From Sphaerodactylus townsendi (taxonomy: Eukaryota), in contig NC_059430.1 in assembly GCF_021028975.2 (NCBI RefSeq), forward strand, positions 33,790,001 to 33,854,000: a stretch of 64,000 bases of DNA, read 5' to 3'. Position numbers and translations under genes: made by a program. The notes under the pieces are model-generated. The model was not told the DNA's origin, did no database searches, and saw nothing but the letters and a program-made list of their open reading frames with translations. The first letter of the stretch is position 1; the number at the start of each line of letters is the position of its first letter. Below, piece after piece: positions 9,201 to 20,388 of this stretch.

Positions 9201-12200
9201 GTTTGAGAAACTAACACATACTGCGTTCATACATACTCCATATCCAGACCTTCTGGTGCATGCAATAGTTCCACCTCATATATATTCATCTCCTCACAGC
9301 CTCACAAACATTTACATACCTTTCCCAGCCATCTCCAAACTTCCACTTTCACAACCTGTCACATGCATGCCACTTTACAAACTGATAATGACAGTTTGTA
9401 TAATATTTATCACCCTCCCCTGATGCTCCATTTTCATCAGTATTCCAACTGAGCACTGTATTCCTTCTACCCACAGTTCCATACCTTCTCTCCATTCCTA
9501 CAAACTTATGTCGATCTCCACACTTTTCCTTAAACAGCCTGGACAAACTGATACAGGATGATAATATACGCAAAGCCTTAACCTCTACACAGGCACCACA
9601 CAAAATGATTATTTCATTTCCGTGACATCTAAACGAGCTATCCATATTAAAGCTATAGAACACAGAAGGGACTCTATCCCTGCCCAATGTTAGAAGGACA
9701 AAGTAGGGGTGTTAAGAAAAAGCAAGTTTATGTCATGTTTTCCATACACAACCCTTACTACTACTACTACTACTACAACACACACACACACAGAACACAC
9801 AGCATGATGTAGAGATTAAGAGAGCAGACTGTAATCTAAAGAATTGGGTTCAATTCCCCACTCACCCACATGAAGTCTGTTGGGTGACCTTGGACCTGGC
9901 ACAGTTCTACCAGAACTCTCTCAACTCACACAGAAGCAGCTAATGACCACCCACCTCTGAACATCTCTAGCTTTGAAAACCCTACAGGGTCACCATAAGT
10001 CAGCTGTGACTTTCCACCACCACACCCAGCATATCTGCATACAGATCCAATGTGCACAGCTGGGGAGTGGGCCTTAAGTATTGTGATCATCGCATATTTT
10101 CACCTCAGGTGGGCACTCATGTATTAAATGTGCATTTGTAGACACCATCCCTATGATTAAGAACTTTCTAAAAGAAATGCTCCTATCATAACCTAGTTAG
10201 CAAGCAAGATTACCTAGAGCTCTGGTGGCGAACCCATGGCACTCCAGATGTTCATGGACTACAATTCACATCAGCCCCTGCCAGCTTGGCTAATTGTAGT
10301 CCATGAACATCTGGAGTGCCATGGGTTCGCCACCACTGACCTAGAGACTGACCTAGAGACTGTGCTAGTAAGCGCCAAAACCATGTGATGGGAATATGAT
10401 TAGGCACTAGTCCAATGTTCTATGGATGGGGCCAACATGCTCTGTTCCATTCATCCTTTATGTGCCATGGCCCTGTATAAGTTGGGGACAGGGCTACTGT
10501 AACTGCGCATATAAATACCCAAACAATCCCTGAATGGATCCTCTCCTTACTTCCTGCCTCCTATTCACCTCTGACTGATAGTTTCTTACTTTAAAAATCA
10601 ACAATTTCTCTGAAACATTATTATTTTATTGGGAGGGGGGATGGCTCTGACATCCACCCTTCCACAGAACAGCGTGTACTGCCTTGACTTCAGCCTTCAC
10701 AGCTCACAACAAATTCCTATAAAGAGTTGTTCCAGTTTAAGACCACTGAGAGTACTAATTTTTAAAGTAGGTTGCCTCTACATAGGATTGCATTTTTGGT
10801 TTGTTACAGTGACACCAAAAAGTTATCATGGATATCCTTTGGGTTTTTCTGCAAGGTGATTATTTTGTGAAGGAAAAGTTGTTCTCTAAAATGAGCAAAA
10901 ATTCAGTTCCAGAGAAAAGGAGCAATGGTTCACATTGTGGTTCACATTATGGACCAGGGCCAACCCTGGAGAAGCCCATCAGCAGATCTAAGGGCTTGGA
11001 CAGATTTATGGAGGAGAAGTCAATTTATGGCTACCAATCTTGATCCTCTTTGATCTGAGATTGCAAATGCCTTAACAGTCCAGGTGCTCGGGAGCAACAG
11101 CCGCAGAAGGCCATTGCTTTCACATCCTACATGTGAACTCCCAAAGGCACCTGGTGGGCCACTGCGAGTAGCAGAGAGCTGGACTAGATGGACTCTGGTC
11201 TGATCCAGCTGGCTTGTTCTTATGTTCTTATGTTCTTAAGTTGACATGTAGGCTCAAGCATGTAGGTCCTTAGCCACAAAAGGACCAAAATATAGGGGTA
11301 GAAACCAGCACTTCAAACGAAGCGAGAAACAAAATGAACTAACATGAATTTTCCAAAACCACTGTCATATTGTCAAGACTCTGCACATTGGTTAGTAAAT
11401 GAGCCACAATATTTTGCACAAACTGAAGTTGCAGAGTTAGTTTCAAGAGCAATGTGTTACAGAAACATGGATGGAAGTGGCTAGATCACCACAGTCTAGT
11501 AAGGAGTTGTAAGTGATTAAAAAAGCAAACACCTCCTTGCAGCTCTGCAAACTTTCACATAAAAAAACAGTGTTGGGTCCAACAGAGTTCCTGAATTTTT
11601 CATTTGATATGGCCGAGATAATTAAGTCCCATTCATTACAGTCGATTTCATCCAGAACATCAGCTTTCCTAGCCAATAATGCCTCCATCTTACCTGCACT
11701 TGCCTGCACTAACCACTTTGTTTAGCCTCATGCACTGCTAGTGTTTAGACAGAGGCACAGACAACACCATTGGGATACTAACAGTCCAGTTCTGACCTAG
11801 GAAACACCCAACATACATCACATTCCTTCACAGACTGTTAAAATACAGCCCAAGAAAAGCTTTATGTAGAAATTATGCTGCTAGAAATCAATATGATTAA
11901 ACTGGAGCTACTGCACTGGAAAAGACAATAATGTTAGGAAACGTTGAAGACGGTAGAAAATGAGGAAGACCCACCATGAGATGGGTTGACTCAACAAATG
12001 AAGCCACACCCCTCAGTTTACCAGACCTGAACAAGGCCAATAACGAGAGGATGTTTGGAAGGTAAATGATTCATAAGTCAAAAGTGACTTGATGGCACAT
12101 AACATACGTTCCTCCCCCTTCTCCCAATGTGTAAAATCAGGCTGTTTGAGGATGGTCAAGATGAGAGGCCAGATGTACTCATGGCCTTCGGCAAAGCCAA

Positions 12201-14729
12201 ACGTAACACAGTTCAGTTTTAAAGGCATGGTGATGGGGCCAAGAGAAGAGCCCATTCCCTTCCCCTCTACCTCATTCAGCTCCAAGCTGTTCCAGGGCTT
12301 TCAGCACCTCAGCAGAGCACAAGGCAGGGGTCAGGAAATAGCGACATGTCAACCATTAACAAGCCCCAAAACTCTTCTCCACCATGAGTGTTTAGAAAGT
12401 GACCTAAGCCCCCCCTGAAGTCACACATGTCCAAAGCCTACCACACCCACTGTCAATGCACAGTCCTTGAAAGGGGGGGGGGATGCAGGAAGACAAGGAA
12501 TTGTAAGATTCTGTAGTTGGAAGAATGTGGAGTGCCTAGGCTGGGTGAAGGAGGGAGATTAGCGACGCCAAGGAAGGTTACCTGGAGGATCTATGTCTCC
12601 CACTGCATAGAACTTGACATCTTAGAATATCTCCTCAGGAAACTTTAGCTCCCCCTCCTCTTTGCTTGCCATTGTGTCGCTTGACTAACAGCTGAAGCTT
12701 CTGTTTTACCAAGGGTGTTGACTCCCATTTTAGGTCATAATCTCCCCCCGCCCTCCCGCATCAGCCTAATTGCCGGAATCAGGCCTGCACACTGCAGAAT
12801 GTCATCTCTACTGGGCGATTGAGCCTCCCCCACCTCCTGCTGCCCCTCTTTTCCCACTGCTTACAGAACTTGCACCCCTCATCTCCCCTAGATCCAGTCC
12901 CTGCCCTATGACCCACTTTAACTTATACTCTGGTGACACATTCTGTATCAGCAGTGTCTGGACAGTCTTCAAGTACAGCCCTATGTAGACTGCATTAATC
13001 TAGATATTACTAGGGCATGCACCACAGTGGCAAGGTCATTTCTATCCCAGAAGGGCTGCAGCTGGTTCCCCAGCTGAAGGCGCTGAAAGGCACCCCTGGA
13101 CACCACTACCCCATGTTTATCCAACAGGAGATAAAAGGGTAGGGCCAGGTGAGGCTTTTGTCCAGCAGCGCTTTTGATAGCACTTTTGGCTTTGTAGATT
13201 AAAAGATGCCACCTTAAACATAGCTTCTGCTTGAAATGCTGAAGAGTCACACATAAAACTCATAACTTTGTTCCCTGACATTTTGTGGCTCGCTCCAACT
13301 CCTACAGCAGCTATTATGCTCACTACCCTATCAGAATTCCAGAGATGCCCATGGGCTCAAAAACATTGGGGACCCCTAGTCTAATAAGCACAGTAGGTGA
13401 ACTTGTTGCTGTTCACTTAAGCACCAATGCAGAAAAACGCAGAATGTCAAATTCACACACATCCTCCAAAAGACTGAAACAGGACTGTGCCTGTGTTAGG
13501 AAGATCCAATAGAGCAGGGATGCAAGTCAGAGCATAGAAAAGTGGGCAGCATGACCCACTTCACCTTACAGCCACTGCGGAAATCTAGGTTGTGGGGGAG
13601 GGAGACACTTATGTGCCCATCCCCACCTCAGATCCCAGCCCTCCAACTAAGATCCCTTAAGGAGCCAGGGAACTGCACCCCTCATGGTTTAAACTGCCAG
13701 ATTTTTTAGGATCAAAGCTTACTGCCATTCGAACCCCAAAGGATTAACACCTTCAAGGATGCCGAGGAGGAGAAAAGCATCCTTAATGCCCTCTTCTCCT
13801 TCTGCCCGGGTGCCTAGGGCTACAGGAGGGGTGCTGAGAAGGACAAGAAGGCCACTAGAGAGCTGTCAGCGGCTTACCCAGATAAAGGAAAACAAACCGT
13901 GCTAGCATCCGCTTAGCCTGGATACAAACAGCCTAAACAAGGATGGAGCCAAAAAAACCCCTCTGGTTCAACCTCTGCAGGGGGTTGGACTCGATGGCCC
14001 TTGGGGTCCCTTCCAACGCTATGACTCATCCCACACAGCCTATTTATAACGAGTTGCAATCATTATAAATTAAATTGTTTTCCATTTATAAAAAGGGAAA
14101 AAGAGTTCATGTATAGTGACTGCAACTGTTATAAATATGCTGGGCGGAATGACCCTCCTCTGCCACCCTCGCCGGACCAGTTCACCTGGGAAAAGTGTGG
14201 GATTCTACGGCATTATATACCCCATTGACGTTCCTCCCTTCCCAAATCCCACTCCTCAAGCTGCAACCCCAAAATCTAGAGGTATTTCCCAGCCTGGAGC
14301 TGATAACTGTAGACCAGTGGTTCCCCTGCTGCCCTAAATCAATAGGGGAAGGGCACAATACCTGGACCCACTCTTTCCCACCTACCAAGTTGCCCTCTCT
14401 ATGGGCAGCACTTCCAAGCAGAAGCCCTCTAGCCCCGGCATACCCCGTAAGAGACTGGGCTGGTGGCGGCCGAAGCCGACTCAGGGACAGCCCGGAGCGC
14501 TTCGGCTCAGCCACCCCTCCGACTCCTTTCCTTCCACCCCATCCATCCATCCCTCCTCCGTACCGGTGTTGTACACATGCAGCTCGTCCGCGATGCCCTC
14601 GTTGCCGCCGCCGAAGATGATGACCAGCTCGCGGATGGCCACGGCGCGATGCCCGTGCCGGGATCGAGGCACTGGCCCCGTGGAGGAAGAAACGCGCCTC
14701 CAACTGAGGGCAGCGGCGGCCGCCGCCAT
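6255..14729 (-). CDS. HCFC2: Host cell factor 2, coding exons 1-3 (Kelch domain); rest of gene lies left of the window
   Basis: Exons 14564-14729 ([55 protein letters not shown]), 7713-7861 ([23 protein letters not shown]...ELQ) and 6255-6415 ([11 protein letters not shown]...NNNIPR). GT-AG sites with consistent phases. Synteny with GLT8D2/TDG/HSP90B1 favours HCFC2 over HCFC1. Confidence 0.95.
6722..7306 (+). mobile_element. Possible solo LTR
   Basis: TGTCA...TGACA ends, GATAAAA TATA-like box and LTR-like composition. No clear TSD. Confidence 0.3.
7407..7481. repeat. Near-perfect palindrome (37-bp arms, 1-nt spacer)
   Basis: ATCAACTTTGGATCATAAAAGAGCCCCATTTGGTAAC, T, then its reverse complement with one mismatch. 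Confidence 0.95.
9800..10020 (+). mobile_element. tRNA-derived squamate SINE (Squam3/Sauria-like)
   Basis: Box B-like GGGTTCAATTCCCC and TGGGTGACCTTGG core shared with the 28720 and 41343 copies. Confidence 0.6.
10220..10338. mobile_element. hAT MITE (hairpin)
   Basis: TIR (CAG)TGGTGGCGAAC and 8-bp TSD ACCTAGAG on both sides; same family as 31505-31612. Confidence 0.85.
10985..11239 (+). mobile_element. CR1 LINE 3' end
   Basis: [12 protein letters not shown]2 end, GGTCTGATCCAG motif and (TTCTTATG)n tail. Confidence 0.8.
11350..11720 (-). mobile_element. Old L2 LINE ORF2 fragment
   Basis: [16 protein letters not shown], then after a frameshift [19 protein letters not shown] (L2 pattern DLAT.IHA.VTSRLDYCN...LQLVQN). 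Confidence 0.65.
11915..12100 (+). mobile_element. RTE (BovB-like) LINE 3' fragment
   Basis: [21 protein letters not shown] motif. Confidence 0.7.
12975..13140 (-). mobile_element. L2 LINE ORF2 fragment
   Basis: [22 protein letters not shown]. Confidence 0.65.
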
Positions 14730-14980
14730 TTTATCCCCCCGCTACCACAATGCACCGCGGCGGCGGCTGGGGACAGGTTGGCCGAGGCAATAGCGGCAGC
14801 CCGGAGGCCCGGCTTTGAACGTCGCCTTTGGCGCGCTTTGCCTGTAAACTATTAATATTGCCGCTGCTTTGTTCACGACGCTGGGAGAAGTATCGCATTT
14901 TAGCGTTGTCGTCTTTAATTGTTTATCTCTCTTGGTGCTAGATCCAGCGCTTCTGAACATCCAGCGCTTCTGAACGGTGG
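14400..14980. promoter_or_regulatory. HCFC2 CpG island and promoter
   Basis: CpG-rich. YY1 motif GCCGCCATTTT over the start codon, ZNF143 SBS-like CTACCACAATGCACCGCG at 14742-14759 and E2F site TTTGGCGC at 14827-14834. Confidence 0.75.
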
Positions 14981-15789
14981 CTTTGGAGTGCCCCAAAGCA
15001 GGGCACTCCAAGGCCCAAACTTCCCCCTGTTGTTGCCTCCCAGTAACTGGTCTTCAGAAGACCTATCTGAACGGAGAAGGGTTGCAAACTTCCAGGTGAT
15101 GGTTGGAGATCTGGTAGTCCATCTGAGGATCTGCAGGCAACACAGATCAATTCACCTGGAGAAAATGGGGGACTCATGGCATTAATTTATACCCCTGTTG
15201 AAGTTCCTTCCCTCTCCTCAGTCTCGAACCCCAAAATCTCTAGGTTTTTCCCAGCCTGGAGCTGCTAGCCTTTTTTCACTCACATTCCCCTTTGCAACCC
15301 TTTCCCTATATTTGTACCCCTGTGTTAGCAAACCTATTCCTTTTTTACATATTGTTTTGTGTACCCCCAAAAGCTGTGACACGTACTCCTAGGGATACAT
15401 GTAACCCAGGTTGGGAACCGCTGCTCTAGAATATGGTCCATTCAGCCGTCAGACTGATGCTGCTGAAGGATCCGACCTCAGTGAATTCGTCAAATCTCTT
15501 TTTAAAACCATTTTATGCTAGTGACCATTCCTACCTGTTTAGCATCAAATTCCATAAATCTATTATATATAGCATGAATAAGTACTTTCTTTGGGGGCTT
15601 GTGAATTCCAGTATTATGGGACAGAGAGAAAAAAAAAACCCTATTTCCCGAGTTTTGTTTTCTTGAATAGGAAAGCCTGAACTCTTTCACTTTTCCCCTT
15701 GAAGAATGTGCTGTAACCCCACATAATTTTGACTGTCTTTTTGTTCCCCTTTTGCACTATTATCCTTTTTGAGATGTAATTGGAACTGT

Positions 15790-17130
15790 ACAGAGGAGTG
15801 ACAGAGAATGACTGACGGGAAGGCATTTGGTTTCAGATGTCCATGGAAACGGTTATTCATTCTAATTTCTCTAACGCAGGTGTCCCCAAACTTTTTAAAC
15901 AGGGGGCCAGCTCACTGTCCCTCAGACTGTTGGAGGGCCGGACTCAAAAAAAACGATGAACGAATTCCCTATGCACAAATGATTGTAAAATGTTTGATTT
16001 CACCTTTCAGCCTTTTCTGTCATGGATGCTATTTTTTAGAACAGTGACCCAAAGTATATCAAGTGCAGGGTGGGCTCCAAATAATGTTGGGGAGGCTGGG
16101 GTAGACCTTCCCGTGTAAAAAAAAAAGCCAGAACTTTTCCCAATGAAGCATTCCATCTAACCCAGAATCAGATATCTTCCAGGGTTCTTTCCTCCTTAGC
16201 AGCCAGCGAGCTTTATCTAGGCCAGCCCTGGCTGATGCCCAATGGGAGTGAGGCTGACACAGAAAGCGCTGAGAGCAACACATGGAGTAGCCAAGAGGGA
16301 AGGAAGCTGGGCAGAAGCGTTGCCACATGTAAGGTTTCCAACTCTGGGTCAGAAAATTCATGGAGATTTGGGGGTGCCATCATGTAACTGCAATCAACAG
16401 CCGTTGGGGCCGGTTCCTCCTCTCCCTCGAGCCCCCACTGCACATGAATGGAGCCATCACCGCCATGCCTGGCGGGCCGGATAAATGCCTTCAGGGGGCC
16501 ACATTTGGCCCCCGGGCCGTAGTTTGGGGACCCCTGCTCTAACGCAAGAATGCCAACATAGAAGGCATTATTTATATTGTCAGTATTTTCATCTGCCACA
16601 ATACTAAAATGTAATTCCTGGGCAATCGCTGCCAGTTCAGACTCCATATGTGCATGCCTATTCCAAATGTAGATTTCCAAAGCATCGGTGTGAAATAGTT
16701 TGCACTTCTTTATATCTACTTTGTTACCTGTTTAAAGAGATCCTTTTAGAGCTCTTCACAAACCACCATGAAGATTTTGGTGATATCTGCAAACTACAAA
16801 CAAAGGAGACCGTGGTGCATGGAGTCTGGGGAGGATGGGTAGCACTTTTTTTTTTTACCAGGTAGTGTTGGAGGAAAGCAAGGCTTTGCAAAGTCCTGAC
16901 AGCTTCGTAGTGATATTTTCTTTGCTCCTCCTGTGTCCATGTTTCTGTTACCTGTCTGAGATACACCCAGGCAAGACAGGTAGAGGCGTAGGAAGGGTGA
17001 CATACAAAGCAGCTGCAGAGAGGCCAAGACAGGCTCTGAGGCAGAGCTATTCCAAGAGCGTATTTCCATTTCAGAATGGCGAGCATGAAACAACTATTCA
17101 TCAGGGCATTCTTTTTTGTAGAAAATTTAA
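15790..17130 (-). mobile_element. Ancient hAT transposase relic (ZMYM1/FAM200-like), interrupted by a younger hAT
   Basis: TTF-finger-like CFVC..NW at about 16930-17010 and FSIVADENTD at 16580-16610. The pattern continues as CVR...RF.G across the 15877-16536 insertion. Confidence 0.5.
15877..16536 (+). mobile_element. Non-autonomous hAT (Charlie/OC1-like ends)
   Basis: Ends CAGGTGTCCCCAAACT and AGTTTGGGGACCCCTG, with a perfect 8-bp TSD CTCTAACG (15869-15876 and 16537-16544). Confidence 0.9.
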
Positions 17131-18859
17131 AATTCTATGAGTCTCCTTTGACAGGGCCATGAGTTTCTTCTGAGCATCCAGTTTGTCTCCTTTTTGTGTG
17201 GGTCACTTTTGTTTCTGCCAGCATATGTGAAACATGCAGATGCTCATCTCTGTTAAATGTTGATGCGAGAGCTAATCTGTTGAGTAGGGATAATTTAATC
17301 CTGTGCATGTATTGGATAGTGATACAGGAAAATGCAGGACGGCTGAGGTAAATGCAGCAAAGCTGACTTTTCCTCCACCCGAGATGTCCCTGGTGAAAGC
17401 AGCTTATTGTATCTTTATTCCTTATGCACACTTATTTATAAACATTTATACTATAATGCAGGATATGGTTTTCAAAAGGGCATGTACATATTTATTTGTT
17501 TCCCAAGCCGAGAGTTACTAAGGTTATTATCAGGGGCATATCTAGAGGAAACAGCACATATGGTAACCCTGCACATGGCATCAGCGCACCCAGGAACAGT
17601 CCTTCTGCTCCCAGTGCTGCGCGCACACACACACACACTTATTTCATTAACAATAAATAAATATAATGTATTCATTGCCCTGTCCATTGTTCATATTTTT
17701 AAAAATACTTGTAAACTGACAGGCACAGCCCTCTTCAGGGCAGCGAAAAACAAAAATGTAATTTGAGCTCAGAACTGTGTCTGAGGTTTCTTCTGGAAGT
17801 GCTTTTTCCTCTCTGGAATTTTCTGTCAGATGAAGATCAACTGCAGGGGGAGGCAAGTCAGCCAGATCTGGAACGGTGCTGTTTGGCACATCTGGAAACA
17901 GTTTATGTGGCTCTCTCACTCCACCAGGAAATGTCTGCATTCTGTATAGCTCCATAGTAGCAGAGAGGAAGGAAACCTTTCTCTAAGTAAACGGCAAGAG
18001 AATTTTAAAAGACATTTTCCTATCAAAGTATGTCTGTAGGGACTACAGAGGGCTTTCAAGTCTCTCGCCTGCAGGATTTCAACAGGGATCTCACAAGAGA
18101 TCCAGTTTTGGCATAAGTGGGGTTTTTTTGTACTGGATCATCCAGCAGCCAAGAACAGCTGCCTTGCAGTTATTTTTCTGGAGAAAGAAATCCTAATTGC
18201 TTTACTGCATTTGAGAGGTAAGACATTTAATTCTGCAGGAACCCAGTCATCTCTTCTGTCAGTTTCCTTTTTCATTTCCACTTCTGCTCCTAGGATCTTA
18301 CAATTGTGCCTGGGTAGTGTCAGGATCCAGTAACAAACTTCGAAGAGTTTTAGTAAATGTGCTACAAAATACTCAGCAGATACTATCTCAGATTTGAAAA
18401 CTGAGCCTCTAACTTTGATCTTATGGAATTTTTGTGTATTAAACCAAAAGCAGCATCGTTGTGCTGGGTTGGATTCTGGAGTTTACAATCTGGTGCAAGT
18501 TACATGGGCCTGACTGTTACGGGGGAAAGCATATGGTACATTTCACATGGCAAATATGAGACTAAATGTGATTTAGGGCTCTGGTAAATAGTGACAAGGG
18601 TTTGTGTGTGTGTGTGTGGTTTTTTTTGCTTATAAAAAGATTGTTTTTGGATATCTGTTCTATAGAATGAAAAATATATAGAACAGAATTTCATTCTATA
18701 GAATGAAAAATACATTCAGTCGTAAAGATTCTTTGTCTGAGGAATGTCTAAGAACAATATAATTGAAGGTAATATCTTTCTAAACTAATTTAGTATGTTA
18801 CGCTGCAGTCCTATGGACACTTACCTAGGAGTAAGATCCATCAAAAGGTTGGGCTGGTA

Positions 18860-19088
18860 CTGTGGTGCACTGGTTAGTATCCCAAATAGAAGCCGTGAGA
18901 CTCAGAGTCAAATCTCTACTTTGCCATTGAAGTTTACTTTGTCACTTTGAACCAGTCACACACTCTCAGCCTAACCTACCTCATAGGATTGTTTTTAAGG
19001 ATAAAAAGGAGGATACAAGAAAGATGTAAGCCATTTTCTCTCCCCTTTGGGGAGAAAGGCAGCATATAAATGAAATAAAGAAATAAAT
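18860..19088 (+). mobile_element. Degraded tRNA-derived SINE (Squam3/MIR-like)
   Basis: CTCTCAGCCTAACCTACCTCA core and AAAT-rich tail. Confidence 0.55.
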
Positions 19089-20388
19089 TCTGAGTAAACA
19101 TGCATAGGATTACACTAATTTTTTTATTAATTAGGACATTATAATACTGATGAACCTATCTGATAAGGACATAAGAACTACTGTGGTGGATCACATCAAT
19201 AATCCATTTAGTCCAACATCCTATTTCACAAAGGTGGATTCCGCACAGTAGAAATATAATGGGTTGATGAAGGGAAATATCCCAGTTTGGGGAAGAACTT
19301 TGCATGAGTGCCTCCCCCAAAGTGGGATTGGCCCATTACATTTCCCTCAACCCAGGTTTTTCAAAAATTGGCAAAATCGCAATGTTTTTGAAAAATCCTG
19401 GGTTGAACCAGCTCCCGATGGAACTGCATGGGCGCCCAACTGCTTTATTTTTCCCATCCCACCACCCATTCTCCCGCCATGTCATGTCAGTTTCATGTCT
19501 GCTGAGATGCCGACCAGTGTGATAGGCCACCATTTCAGAAACGTCCCCCAAGCGTGTTTTCTCCCCATGGCAGCAACTGTGAGCACCACTTCACCCAAAT
19601 GTGTACAGCAACGGATTCACAGCAAACAGGGCTATTGTGAGCAATTACCCTGTTTCCTTTTATTTTTTGGGTGCTCAGCACATGTAGCTATACAGATGCA
19701 CACCTTTGGATGGGACATATTGCTTTGCTCCCTTTTTGGACAGAGTTTATTATTTTGTAGATCACAACGTTTGGAGGGGAGGGTTGCATGCTTCATCTTT
19801 ACATGTGTCACGGTTTCAAAGCCCTAAACTTTTTTTTCTACACTGTAGAAATGGGGAGGGGAGGTCCAAGAGGTCCATGCTCTCAAATCAGAGAATCCCC
19901 ACAGTTTCTGAAAGCTCTTGAAGTGCTTCCTCTCTCTTCCCAGGGAAAGCAGTAGAGATTGTATGCATTAGGCTCCTCCCCACCTCCCCCAGCCTATACC
20001 ATAGTAATTCCTCCCATTCTTCAGGTCACCATTGCAGAACAATCAGAAGGGCTTTCTTTTTAGTTTCTTTTTTTGAACACAGAACACAGAACATCTATTG
20101 CTGCAATGACAGACCCAGTGAAACTGACATGAAATTGGCCAGGTTTAGTGAAGTAACCCAAGTTGCATGAAAACAACAAGAATGCTTACTATTGGAAATG
20201 CATTTATGCATTTCTAATCTCTACTAGATCAATGTGGAGTGTTTCCCATGCAAGTCATAAGCAATATCTAAAGCCAACATCTAGGTCTGTGAAACACATA
20301 GATAAGGTCTGCCTACTTTTGTGTTGTGTTTCAACCTTTCCCTCTTTGTCTCTCTCAGCAACAGGTTGCAATCATATGGAAGGGACAC

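Noticed and set aside
8640-9700. Possible very old LINE ORF2 on the minus strand
   Set aside because: Only faint similarity; no motif strong enough to assign a family.
11443-11709. Protein-like 88-aa ORF as a novel gene or viral insert
   Set aside because: Explained as decayed L2 ORF2.
17647-17955. 102-aa ATG ORF with CPEEGC
   Set aside because: No completing His residues for a C2H2 finger and no clear splice context. It is adjacent to a transposon relic and cannot be supported as a gene.
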